Source: Guillardia theta CCMP2712
Lineage: Eukaryota > Protista > Cryptophyta
Reading direction: 5' to 3'
DNA length: 64,000 nt
Assembly (NCBI RefSeq): GCF_000315625.1
Contig: NW_005434660.1
Coordinates: forward strand, 825,784-889,783
Shown here: positions 1 through 11,900 of the stretch, in pieces
How positions within the stretch are numbered: position 1 is the stretch's first letter
Layout of the letters: each line of letters starts with the position of its first letter
The notes under the pieces: generated by a model
What the model saw: only the letters and a program-made list of their open reading frames with translations
What the model was told of the DNA's origin: nothing
Database searches by the model: none
Program-made: the position numbers and the translations under genes

Positions 1-55
1 TCAGAACCACTTCACGAGTTCACTCTAGTTTCACACGAGGTAAGCACTGTTAGCG

Positions 56-231
56 TTAGAAGTACAGGAGAAAAAGCAGCTTTTTCAAGTCTTGCGCGCG
101 ATCTCGGAGAGGCCGATGATGAGGCCGAAGTCGTCCTCTGCTTTCAGGTCCTGCAGGCCCGCGCGATGATCCTTCCCGCCAAACCTGCGCGGCAGAACAT
201 GTGAGATGGTGGCGGCTGAGGAGAAGGAAGG

Positions 232-270
<39 letters not shown>

Positions 271-1928
271 CGACGACGATCACGACGACGACGACGACGG
301 TGATGGTCATGAAGGTGGTGGTGGTGGCGATTATGATGATGAGGAGGAGTAGGATAGAGAAGCTCACGAGGAGTCGTCGACCAAGCAGCTGTAGTCCTCG
401 AGCATGTTGGTGTATGCTAGCGAGTTGAAGCCGGCGATCGGCGAGGCAGGTGCCTCCCTCCCGTCCTGTGGAGGCACTTTAGATCGCTGATTCCTCCTCT
501 GCTCCCTCAATATTCCTTCGGTCCCTCCAGCTCTTTCCTGTCCTCCTCTGGTCCCTCCAGCTCTTTCCTGTCCTCCTCTTTCTCCTCTACACCTACACCT
601 CTTTGTCTGCTCTACCACCCCTCATCCACCAGTCGATCCCCTTGCCCCGCTCCTCGTTCTTTCCCTCCTCCTCACCTCAGCGTCGTCAGGGGAGGGTGAG
701 GGATACTCGTGCAGCAGCGGGAGCCTGCTCACCCTCTCATGGGCAGAGGTCGTCCTGCTCGTGTGTGTCTCCTTCCCAAAACACTTGAGCATCTTCGTCT
801 CTCCTCCTCCTCCTCCTCCTCCTCCTCCTCCTTCCCCTCCTCGTCCACGTCCTCGTCCTCCTCTCCCTATCCTCCTCCGCTCCCCCTCCTTCACTCACAT
901 AATGATCATCCAGGACAAAGTCAGCCGCGCAGTTGTCCTTGCCAGAGCCATCGAAGTTCTCGTCCTCGTTGGGCTCGTGCGGCGTGCCCTCGTCCTCGTG
1001 CTCCAGCGCCAGCAGCGAGTCGTAGGCATGCAGCGCCTGCTCCTCCCCCACCGTGGGCTGCACGGAGAAGGTCAGCACGAGATGGCGACGACAAGCAGCA
1101 GACCAGATCCATCGGGTCCTTGTTGAAGTTGGAGGAGGTCGAGGAAGAGCCCGCGGCCTCTGCGTGGGAGTAGTGGCGGGCGAGCAGCTTGGCTGATGGT
1201 GAGCCTCGCCGGGCGGAAAGGTGAAGCTCGGGTGCCTTTGAGCAGTTTTCAAGAGAGGAGGGAGCAAAAGAAAAGAGAGAAGCAGGAAAGGGAAGCCACG
1301 AGGGGTCCGAGGAGGAGGAGGAGGAGGAGGAGGAGGGGACAAGCGCACGAAACAGAACAAAGCAACAAGAGGAGGAAGGGAGAGGGGAAAGATAAGGACA
1401 CTGAGGGGGAGCGGAGGAAGGAAGGTACCTGCCCCGGTATCTGGACGATCTTGAAGGAGACGTAGCCCTTGGCCATATCCTCTGCGATCTCTCCTGGCAA
1501 CGTGAGCTCGACCTTGAGCGATTCGTCTCCTCCTCTTCTCCCGCCCTGCATCCCGTCCAGCAGGTTCGGCATCGGGATCACATGCGTGACCTCCTCTGTC
1601 TCCTCCCTGCCACCATGCGCCGCTGGCCCAGCCCGTCAGCTCCTCCTCCTCCTCCTCCTCCTGGTAATCTTTCTTCTCCTCCTACTTTTAGTGATCCTCC
1701 TCATTGATCCTCCTCCTTCCAGTAATCCTCCTCCTCCTCCTCCTCCTCTCTCACCTTTTTGCTCCGTCCTCATCTCAAGATTCTGCCTGAGTTTCTGCTG
1801 GAGGATTTTCCTCTCGAGCACACGGCCCTGCTTAGACTGCGTTTAGAAGCGAAGGGGGGAGAAAGCAAGGCAAGCCATGCAAGGACAGAGATGATGATGG
1901 AGATGATGTAGATGGTGATGGTGATGGA

Positions 1929-1969
<41 letters not shown>

Positions 1970-2010
1970 GGAGGAGGAGGAGGAGGAGGAGGAGGAGGAG
2001 GAGGAGGAGA

Positions 2011-2089
<79 letters not shown>

Positions 2090-4100
2090 CGATGAGACCT
2101 TCGGGATTCCATTGGCATTCAGTCCTCCTGTATGGCTCATGGAAACTTCATCATGCCCTTCAGCTCCTCCCTCGTGAGTCGCTCCCATGGTCCTCGGGCT
2201 GCGTCCACACATCAGCACCTGCTGCCGGGTAGGCATCCTCCTCCCGCTCCTGCTCCTGCTGCCTCTACCGAACCACCCCTATCACTACCACCTGGTACCC
2301 CCTTGTGCTCAACCCTCGCTTCGCTTCCTGCTCCTCCTCCATCACCTCGCAGCAACTGTGCTCGAAGTAGACACGAGGTCGCTGATGTCAGAGTCTTCCG
2401 AGAGTTCAGCCTCCTGCTGCTCCTCCCCTTCAGCGAGACACAAGAGACGAAGCAAGCTCACGTCTCCCTGCTCGCTTGCGGCAGAGCGCGGGCGGTAGCT
2501 GAAAGCTTCCAGTCAGCAGAGCAACCTCCTCCTCCATCTTCCATCGCTCACGGCAAGGTTCTCCTCTCCTGCTCTAAGGCAGCTTTCTTCTCTTGAAGGT
2601 GAGCTCGCTCCTCTTGCTGCAAGACAAGTTTCATACCCCTTCCTCCTCCTCCTCCTCCTCCTCCTCCTCCTTCTCCACCTTCTCGCAAGTCGCCAGCGCT
2701 GCCTCGAGCTTGTGTAGGTGCTGCCAACAGGTTCTCAGCGGGCTGACTGTCTGCTCGTGCTTCCTTGCCTTGTCTATGGACTTAATCTTCCTGTGAGGCC
2801 ACCTGCAGTTGCTGTTTCAACACAAATCGCTCTCCTTCTCCCCTTTCCCTTGCCCCTCCCACTCCAGATCCCTTCCTGCTACCATCCTTCCTCCTCCCCT
2901 TCCTCTTCCTTTGCCATCCTTTGTCCTCCTCCTCCTCTACCTGTAGATGCCATATTGACGGCAAGCCTTCTTCAGCGAAGTCACACATATGCCCAACTCC
3001 TTTGCTACAATCTTGACAGCAATCAATCAGAATCGCAGGAGGAAGGAAGGATGGGAAGGCAGCGTCAGAAGAGACGAGGAGGAAGGAAGGGGAAGGGGAG
3101 AGTACAAAGAGCCGTAAGGAGAAGAGAGGAGCGGGTCAAAGGGAAGTGAGCTGAAAGAGGGCGAGGGAGACAGGGAGGAAGAGTGGAGAGTGGGAGGGAG
3201 AGGGCGGGAGTGACAAGGAGGGAGTGACAAGGAGGGAGTGGCAGGAAGAGGGAGGAAGGAGGGAGAGGGCGAGGGGAATGGGGGGGGAACGGGAGGAGGG
3301 AAGAGCTGTTACTTTCTCTGGTAGGTGGAGGAGCTGGACCAATTCTGCATGGGATACTTCTTTCAATTCACGGTTCCCCGGCATCGTTTGCTCCTCCACC
3401 TACCACGGCGGAGATCTACGAGCAGAATCATCGTTAGCAGACGTCAATCATGGAGGGAGGAGGAGGAGGAGCAGGAGCAGGAGGACGAGACGTTCGAGGC
3501 ATTTCCCAACCTTGTCTAGGCCAAAATGGTCGGCATGGTGACCATGTGTGACACGTTGATGGTCATGGACTACCAACAGGGTCAGAAGGCTCTCCCTTCC
3601 CACACAAACACGCCCGAGGCTTCCTTCCTTTCTACCGCAGCTCCACAACAAATCCCTACCGCTCGTCTAACACCACACGCTGTGCCTTGCGCGCAGCCCT
3701 CGAGGTACTGCGGATCCTAAGTATTCGTGCTGCTTGTGCTCTTCTAGCTTTGTTCTGGGTGGCGTGCAATCGAAACAAGGAAGTTGGCGTGATATGCGGA
3801 ATTGAATATCTGAGAAGAGGTTGCCTAGCCTCAACGTCTCTATTCCCAAGAGCAAGCAGAGGTGAGCTGATAGTTTGATCAAGAGGAAGGTTTGATTAGC
3901 GTAAATAGGTAGATGGGACGAGAGGAGCATCGAGGAGGATGAGAGGGAAGAAACAACACTCTTACGCCACAAACAAGCTTCGTGGTTGGAAACATGTTCT
4001 TGACGGAAAGAGTACGAGCATGGGCTAATCTCTCTTTGTTTTTCTCTGCACCATCCTAAGTCTTTCTTGCTTTTGCATGCTCGATCACGAGCTCTCGCTC
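56..4100 (-). CDS. Multi-exon hypothetical protein with coiled-coil and low-complexity segments; boundaries approximate, may be more than one gene
   Basis: Coding-like minus-strand segments (GEEQALHAYDSLLALEHEDEG..., ESLKVELTLPGEIAEDMAKGYVSFKIVQIPGQ, YTNMLEDYSCLVDDSS, E/K/Q-rich 2400-2800) separated by GT-AG introns, many of them microsatellite-filled. No domain recognised. Confidence 0.45.
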
Positions 4101-4952
4101 GTTCTCGTGCTCCTTGCAGCTCCCGGCATCGTCCGATTTTACGGATCTCTTCGCCACGCCATTACGGGACAAGAAAGGGGGGGGGGGGGAGGAGCAGCTA
4201 CGAAAGGTGGGGTGATCAGCCCATAACACAGGGGTAGTCTTGGGATTCGGGGTCCTCGGTGTCGGATGCCCTGGTAGGGGTACTTTTACGAAAAAGAGTG
4301 TTTACGCCAAATATGTGGTACGAACCTTGCTGGTGCAAGTTGTAAGATATCGAAAAGGAGTACTTTCACTATCTAAACTCAACTCTTCGCATTGAACTAA
4401 ACCATTTAAAATATCCTTATATATATATATTGTTTTTATTGTCCCCTGGGAGGACTACCCCTACCTTCATCCAAGCCACTCAAATGTGGCCAGCCGGTAC
4501 TCGATTTGAGAAATTTGTGATGAATAAAACTGAACTATTTTAAAATATATAGAAATATTTTCATTCTTTTCCCAAAACTTCAAGGGGCATTGGCCCCTGG
4601 TTCACCCAACAGCCGCGTCCCTTGACACGTCTATAGTCAATATATATTCAGTATTTTAGTCAATACTGGATTAGATAGTTTAGCGATATAGTCAATTGGA
4701 AGCACTACCCCCCTGGGAAGTACAACTGTCATAGTCAATATCTGAGGAGTCAGTAAATAATAGAACGAAATGAATTGTTAACTAAACTTTGATATTGAGC
4801 TTATCAGTAACTAAAACTTGATGTACAAAAGTAGATCCAACCGATGTACCACTTTGAATTACCGTACTAACTTTTAGTTATAGCAACGCTTCAGTGAAAC
4901 AGTAGTACCCGGCGACCAGCAGGCTGTTGGGGTGGTACTACATTGCCGGTCA

Positions 4953-4993
4953 GACAGCACTGCAGCACCACCGTAGCCTACTGCAGTGCTGTC
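4953..4993. repeat. Perfect 13-bp inverted repeat (hairpin, 15-nt loop)
   Basis: GACAGCACTGCAG (4953-4965) is the reverse complement of CTGCAGTGCTGTC (4981-4993). Confidence 0.8.
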
Positions 4994-5848
4994 ACTGCCA
5001 GTTCGATTTGAGTACGGCTGCTGTTGATGATGCTTTTATCACGAGGACGGCAGTAAAACAGCAGTAAAAAATTCATTGCCATGTCAATCTAATTAAGCCG
5101 TAGTGGCACACTGCTAATCAACTCCACTCAGTCAGTAGTAAGGCAAGCAAAAATGTTCTTCGCTTACCCGAGATCTGGGGCTGCATTTAACGAAAACCTT
5201 CACTGAATTGATCTTCAAGAAGTCAGGGAAAGGATCTCTGAAAGGACTGGCAAAACGGCGAAAGGTGCTATGGAGGATGACCCCTGGCGGCTGAGAGAGC
5301 CTCTTGTATGGGTGGTTTCCCTAAATCTTCAGTGGTGAGAAGAGGAGCAGAAGCTTGTGAGAGGCGAGAGCTCGCACAAGCCGAGTTCGCTTGTGGAGCA
5401 AGGAGCACTACCCCTAGTCCTTCCCTTAGCCTATATAAGGATCAGCTAGAAGGGCTGTTCTCGCATGTTGTACGTCACGCTTATCTAGCATACGTTGCTG
5501 GTAAACTAGATATCACAGCACTACTATCAGAGCTCTTCTGTAGACGTCTGCAACCTGTAAGGCTTCGGGGGGTGAAAACTACACCTTTGTGTGTGCTCCA
5601 GTGGAGGTGCCTTGATGACAAGAAATAGATCCTGTTCCTCTCAAAAGTGTCCAAATACCCCCCGAGCCTCACATGTCCAAGTACAAAACTTTTATGTGAA
5701 ACTTTCTGCATGATGTTTTCGGACCAAGTATGCACTGTTGCATATTTATAGACTATGAGATGTTTTCATAAAGACAACAGCAGTTCATCTCGTTATCTTG
5801 CTGAAAGCGTTTTGCAATTTAGAAGAAATCGATAACCTGGAGCGCATC

Positions 5849-6133
5849 TCACCAAACCTCAAGATACCGTGCCATCTCTGGTGTGACTTCGCCTCCTTTC
5901 GAATACTGGGTTGAGCGAGCCCTGCTGAGGTACTCGTTTTCCCAAAGCGCTCTCTCCTCAATCATGTCGGACTGGAAGAGCACAGTGGTGTCGGGGGCGT
6001 CGTAGTCGGAGGAGTCCCGGAGACCTTGAGCCCATGCGCGGAAGTCGATCTTGTTGGAGGAAGTCTTCTTGTCCTTGAGCATGTCCTCGTCTGCAGGGGA
6101 GGAGTCGGGGAACCAAAGGCCTGTCTCTTGCAT
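5849..6133 (-). CDS. Small intronless orphan protein (94 aa), paralog A of an inverted pair
   Basis: ORF MQETG...DMLKDKKTSSNKIDFRAWAQGLRDSSDYDAPDTTVLFQ...EMARYLEVW*. Near-identical to the + strand ORF at 6929-7210, with frame-preserving indels and the same stop position. TATAAA on the minus strand at ~6357-6362. Confidence 0.75.
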   Translation of the reverse strand: MQETGLWFPDSSPADEDMLKDKKTSSNKIDFRAWAQGLRDSSDYDAPDTTVLFQSDMIEERALWENEYLSRARSTQYSKGGEVTPEMARYLEVW

Positions 6134-6928
6134 GCTATCAACCGATTGGATGAACGAGCGCTACAAGGTCAGAGTAGCTCTCAGTCCCGTGAGATGCGGG
6201 GGGGCTACGAACAGGGCAGTTAGAAGAGGCGGATGGGGCGTGCAAGAGGTCGGATATCACGGGGATCACGATGCACAGGGAACTGAAAATCGTGGTCACG
6301 AGGGCAGCACGATCCGATTCCTTCGAGAGACGGATGGCGCTTCCGAGGGGACGTGGTTTATAAGTCTTTTTGCCAATAAGGGTCTTTTTGAGGTTTCTGG
6401 GTTTTAGAGCTGTGGTAAAGTGCAGTGACCATGCCAAGATCATGCGGATGGCCTCTTCATTCCTCTTAAAGTACCAAATTTTCCTTTTAGGTTTCCACGT
6501 AATTAACATGGGGTTTTATAAAATCCCCAGATCTTGGTACCATAACTGTATCATTCTATGATCTGCCGGTACCGTTGGGAAGGTTTGTACCCAAATTTCT
6601 AAATCATTGTACCAAGTTTACCACATTGGAGCACACTAGCTTTTTCTATATTTGAAAAAGGCGGACCCGACCCTCATAACTACTACCCTCCCATGAAGCG
6701 AGCAATTGTACCCCCTGGATATTCACCACCCTGACACACTTCGTTACGATCTTTATACACCCATCTTTTTATCTTCCAAAACACCGGTACAATGTGAGCA
6801 CCCACCCCTCAAAAGAGTTGATAGGCTAGAAATGAGCCTACCCACCACCCCTGTTCCTGTAGTAAAACAAAAGGGCCAGTAGTATATAATAAACTTTGAG
6901 TTCCGGGCTTCCCACCACAACGCTCCCA

Positions 6929-7210
6929 ATGCACTGCCACAGTTGCCCGATGTCTGAGAACCAACACCCTGACATGATGAAGGACAAGAAGACTTCCTCT
7001 AACAAGATCGACTTCCGCGCATGGGCTCAAGGTCTCCGGGACTCCTCCGACTACGACGCCCCCGACACCACTGTGCTCTTCCAAGCCGACATTATGGAGG
7101 AGAGAGCGCTTTGGGAGAACGAGTACCTTAGCAGGCCTCGCTCACCTATGCACAACAACATCGAGGTCACTCCGAATCCAGAGATGGCACGATATCTTGA
7201 GGTTTGGTAG
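6929..7210 (+). CDS. Small intronless orphan protein (~93 aa), paralog B of an inverted pair
   Basis: ATG at 6929 gives MHCHSCPMSENQHPDMMKDKKTSSNKIDFRAWAQGLRD...EMARYLEVW*. TATA-like TATATAATAA at ~6883-6892. Confidence 0.75.
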   Translation: MHCHSCPMSENQHPDMMKDKKTSSNKIDFRAWAQGLRDSSDYDAPDTTVLFQADIMEERALWENEYLSRPRSPMHNNIEVTPNPEMARYLEVW

Positions 7211-7699
7211 GAAATAGCTGTGAACTATTTATTCTTTTGTACAGATGTAATAAATTTGAATTGGACCTTACCTCGAATAGATTTATTTGTTACTTTCAGA
7301 GCTTGCAATTTGTATTTCCTAGCTACTGAATGAGATTGTTGGAAGATGGATCTTCCACCGTCATGTCGATGAACGGACGTTGGGTAAGTCCACTCCAATG
7401 TTGTTGGCAAGAGACATGCAGCAATCAAAAGCATGCAGGACAAAAATGCTAGTTGCCTGCTGTGCTCGCTGGATGTTTCCTGGGCTCTGTGCACGCTAGA
7501 CAGGTGTTCAGCATCCATGTATGAAAGAGATCTCTCGGAGTTGACGCTGCAATTGCTATGGCAGGAAGCAAAAGAGTGCCTTGACCTGACTCGCAACTCG
7601 GCAAGGTTGAACAGATCTGCTGAGGGGCACTGAAATGATTCCAAATTTTTGAGGACTGACAAACACATCAAGTCACAAGCTCTGTCACAGGGCCAGCAA

Positions 7700-8640
7700 C
7701 TCATCGAGGCTCACTCAGCACTGCACGGTCACAGCCATCAATTATTACCATGCGAGGCGAGTCGCCGGTGTTGGCGGTGACACCGCCGACCGGCCTGACT
7801 CTACTTCAACTCGGAGCTTCACCGTTAACCTGACTGGGAATCAGTAACTCACAGGGGCCGCGTAACAACAGCACTGCGCGGCGGCAGCCTGCCAGCCTCC
7901 GAGGCTACAGTCATCACTGACCGGGCGTATAGGACAGCAGTCACTGAGTCGCCGATTGGGTTTGGTTCTCCCTGTCTTTGCTCTTCTCGCCGTTTGGCCT
8001 GTGCGACAGTGTCAGGGTCACGCCTCCTCGTCTCTCCTGATTGTCCTCGTTATGAGTTTTAACTTACTTGGACGGTCACGTTGAAAGCATGATTAATTGC
8101 TACATCAGGTCGTGTAACTTAGGCTTATAAAACTTGAAAGTTTTAGCATCTTTAAGTCGCTCAGTCCTCTGAGTCCGATCTACTGCTGCGCGGCCAGCCT
8201 GAGCCCCCTGAGCCCCCGGTTTGTGACCCGTGACTCTCAACCGGGTCGGACAGTTGACTCAGTGACTCGGACTCCGCCGGCCCGGCCCGCGTTTCAAGTT
8301 TAACCGTGGAGGATGATATTGCCAACTTGCTAGTTGAGTATCACGAGTACGGTGGTGGCAAATCAGTCCGCGGTCGGCGACTCTGAGCTAACCGTTGAAC
8401 CGTTGGGCCGTGACTGCCACCTCGGAGTGCCTCAAGTTACTAAGAGTGACAGCCTTGACTCGAACATACTTGACTCAGTGAACTTAAGCGGGCCCGGGCC
8501 GATCGGCACTTTGCGGCCCGGGACCCCGGCAGGCAAGTTGCCCCGGGCCGCGGCGCGGGACCCGGCCCAGTCCAGTAAACTTGCCAGGAAAGGCCCGGCA
8601 TTTACCGGCCCGGGGACAGTCACTAGTGTCAGTGCCACGA
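7700..8640. promoter_or_regulatory. CCGG/GAGTC/CTNAG-dense non-coding island upstream of the SNF2 gene
   Basis: Visibly dense CCGG, GACTC/GAGTC, CTGAG/CTCAG, GTGAC/GTCAC and AACTT/AAGTT words, with no credible ORF. Same sequence type at 17850-18060, 39080-39830 and 50450-51050. Confidence 0.45.
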
Positions 8641-8934
8641 ATTTGCCTTTGTTGGTGTTTGCTGAGGTCAGAGAAAGCGCGGGAAATAGAGCATGCGCTT
8701 AGGGGGGGAGGGGAGGGAGCAAGGAGGGAGGGGGGAGAGGGGAGAGGGAAAGGAGAGAGGGACCAACACCGAGATGTATGCAGAGATTGAGACCAGAGCA
8801 ATGTCGACGAGGGAGGAATAAGTGAGAGAGCATATAAGATGGCAAGGGTCATGGAAGGTTCGACAGCGCTTGAGATTTGAGAGCCGAAAACATGGCAGCG
8901 AGAAGTAGAGGAGAGATGATTCTCATCAGTCCAG

Positions 8935-11900
8935 ATGCATGGCAAGTGTGTTCTTGTCCAAAATGACGGTATTGAATGTGAACAGGACGGAGAGCAGGCA
9001 AAATGTCAAGCACAAAGATTTTTGGTTGAGAGGAAAAGACCGGTCTCTACGATGCCTATTCGGAGATCCAACCGGAACAAAGGCGATGTCGCTCACTACA
9101 GTGATGCTGAGCTGGACGATGAGCGCCAGAGGAGAAGAACGCGCCGAGGTCTGAATGATCAGGCGGAGAAGGATAAGGAACAAGAAGGGTCGGGCGCCGA
9201 CGCCATGGCCGTGGATACAGGGAGTCCTGATCAGACAGCAAGCGAGCAGCTTCCTTCTCGAGCTACAAAAGTGTCGGTGAAGCAGTCAAAGAACGAGTCT
9301 GCTGGGAGTATGGAAGGTCAACGCAAGTGTGACATGTGCGTCCAACAGGACTTCGCTGTGTGCCGCTGTAAAATATGCGACGTCTTCATGTGCGATGAAT
9401 GTGGGAAGTTTCACTCCAGGAACAAGTTGACGTACCTGCACCCCACGGAGACGATGGAAGAATTGAAGCGAGAGCGTGCAAGAGCATCGAAAGGATCCTC
9501 CGAGAATGAAGCTGAAGACAGTGAGGATGTCGTGATAATGGATGATGACAGCAATGTGTTGGACGAGACATGTAAGATTGATGCTGCAACTTCAAGGACT
9601 GCGATCTCCAACAAAGAAGATGGGAAAGAAAACCAAACACAGCCCTGTGATGTCTCTGCATCAGGCGATGATCAAACATCGAAAGTGAATCCAAACAGTG
9701 CCAAACCGGCTGACGCAATCGATGAATGTTCAAGCAAACAGCAACAAGCAAACGCAGCCTCGTCATCTGGTGACGATTACTACCATGACACTGAAGATGA
9801 TGACTTAGATTTGCAACGAAATGAAAGAAAAAGTACTAGAGGGAAAACTTTGCAAAAGAAAGGCCAGAAAAAGTCGATGTCTGAAAGAAACCAGCAAAAC
9901 AAGAAGAAAACGGACTCTGAACGATCGAACAGTTCCAAAGTCTGCTTCAAATGTAAAATCAAGAATGATGCGGAATTGCTCGTTTGCAAAGGGTGTGATA
10001 AAGTTTGGCACAGGACATGTGCCAAAGTAGAAGAAACAAAGACATTGTCAGACAGTTGGCGATGTGAGAAGTGCAAACCAGGTAAGAATGGGACAAACAA
10101 GATGCGGCGCGCCGTTGTCGAGTCAGAGAGTGAATCTTCGGCAAATGAGGAGTCCATTGGTTCGTCAGACTCTTGGAGTGATGCTGAAAGCACAATGATG
10201 GTCGCGGAAAAAGAGCTCTCCACGACAAGTGGAAGGGTCACGAGGTCAGAAGCCCGAAAACTTGGGGTTGGGGCCAACAACAAGGCAAAAGATCAAAGTC
10301 AGGGGAAGCAGGTGCAGAAGAAAGTGCAGAGAAGAGCATCAATGACTTCGTCAAGCTCTGATGAAGAGTCTGAGGTCCGATCCTGGATGCTCCATCCCCA
10401 TTATAACCTTCCCGTGACATGTTTTCAGCAGGAGGATTCTTCAGATTCAAAGCAAAACAAAGAGGAAAATTCTCGGCCCATCAAGAGGAGGAGATTACGA
10501 AAGCCACACCAGCTCAGGTAAGAGTGCTCCTCCCCTCTCCATGTACCCTCCCTCGCTCTCCTCTCTTAGTCATTCCTTGATCTCTTGCCCCCTTGCCAAT
10601 ACAGCCTGACTCTCTGCCCAGCACCGATATGATTCGAGCGGCTGAAGAAGGTCAGAAAGCCGATCAAATGCGCAAAGAGATGAGAGAAGAATCTGCTGAG
10701 AATGTTGGAGCTCCTCTCGTGCTCAAGGCATGCAGGGAAGGGGAGGAAGACGTCGCACTTCCTTCTTGTCTATACGAAGAGTTGCAGGCGCATCAGAGGG
10801 TCGGGGTGCGATTCATGTGGGAGACGACGATGAGGGAAGGGAAGGGTTGCATCCTTGCTCACTGTATGGGGCTCGGCAAAACGTTGCAGGTCATATGTGT
10901 CCTTTATGCGGCTCTGGTGTCTAAATCAGAAGAGGGCAAGAAAAAGACGATCTTGATTCTAACGCCAGTCAACACCTTGAGAAACTGGGAGGCGGAGTTC
11001 AGGAAATGGATCCTTCCAAGCATGTCTTTGCCGGTACGCGTGTTGATGGATGCTGGATGTCAGAACAAGGCTAGGCTGGCTTACATAGAAGAGTGGATGG
11101 AAGAAGGAGGAGTGATGCTGATAGGGTACGAACAATTTCGAAATCTAGCTCTTGGGAAGAACGTCAGAGGGAAGGGAAGCGTGAAATTGAAACAGCGACT
11201 TGCGGAATGCTTGGTAAGTGTCCTGCTTTTTTGACACTCAATTTCCCTTTTTCCTGATTCGTTTCCTCTCGGTCTACCTTGGACATTCTAGCTTAAGCCG
11301 GGGCCTTGGGCTGTCGTTTGCGACGAGGGCCACGTGCTACGGAATGAAGATTCAGGCCTCTCGTCGACTGTGCGAGATATTAGCACACTGAGACGGATTG
11401 TGTTGACTGGCACACCACTGCAGAACAACTTGAGAGAGTACCACTGCATGGTTGACTTTGTACGCCCTGGACTGCTGGGAGAGTCAAACGCCTTCAAGCG
11501 AGATTTTGTCAACCCAATTCTCCACGGACAGTGTATAGATGCGCAACCAGACGAGGTGAAGCTGATGAAGAAACGATCCCACATCCTTCACAGCCTCCTC
11601 AAGTGTTGTGTGGACCGAGCGGACTTTAAGGTGAGTTTCACAGTCCGGTGCTGCTCTGATTCCTAGCAATTGACGGTAGATTGCAGGTCCTTGCTCCGTT
11701 CCTCAGCAAGAAGTACGAATTCGTTATCGCAATCAGACTTTCAAAACTCCAATCTGATCTGTATCAGAAGTACTTGTCGGACGTGCTTTCTATGGAAAGT
11801 CCGGAAACAGGAGGGTTGTCATCAAAAGTCCGTCTATTCGAAGCCTACCATAGGTTGCGATTATTTTTTCGATGCGCCTCTTAACTAGAATCCAGCCTAT

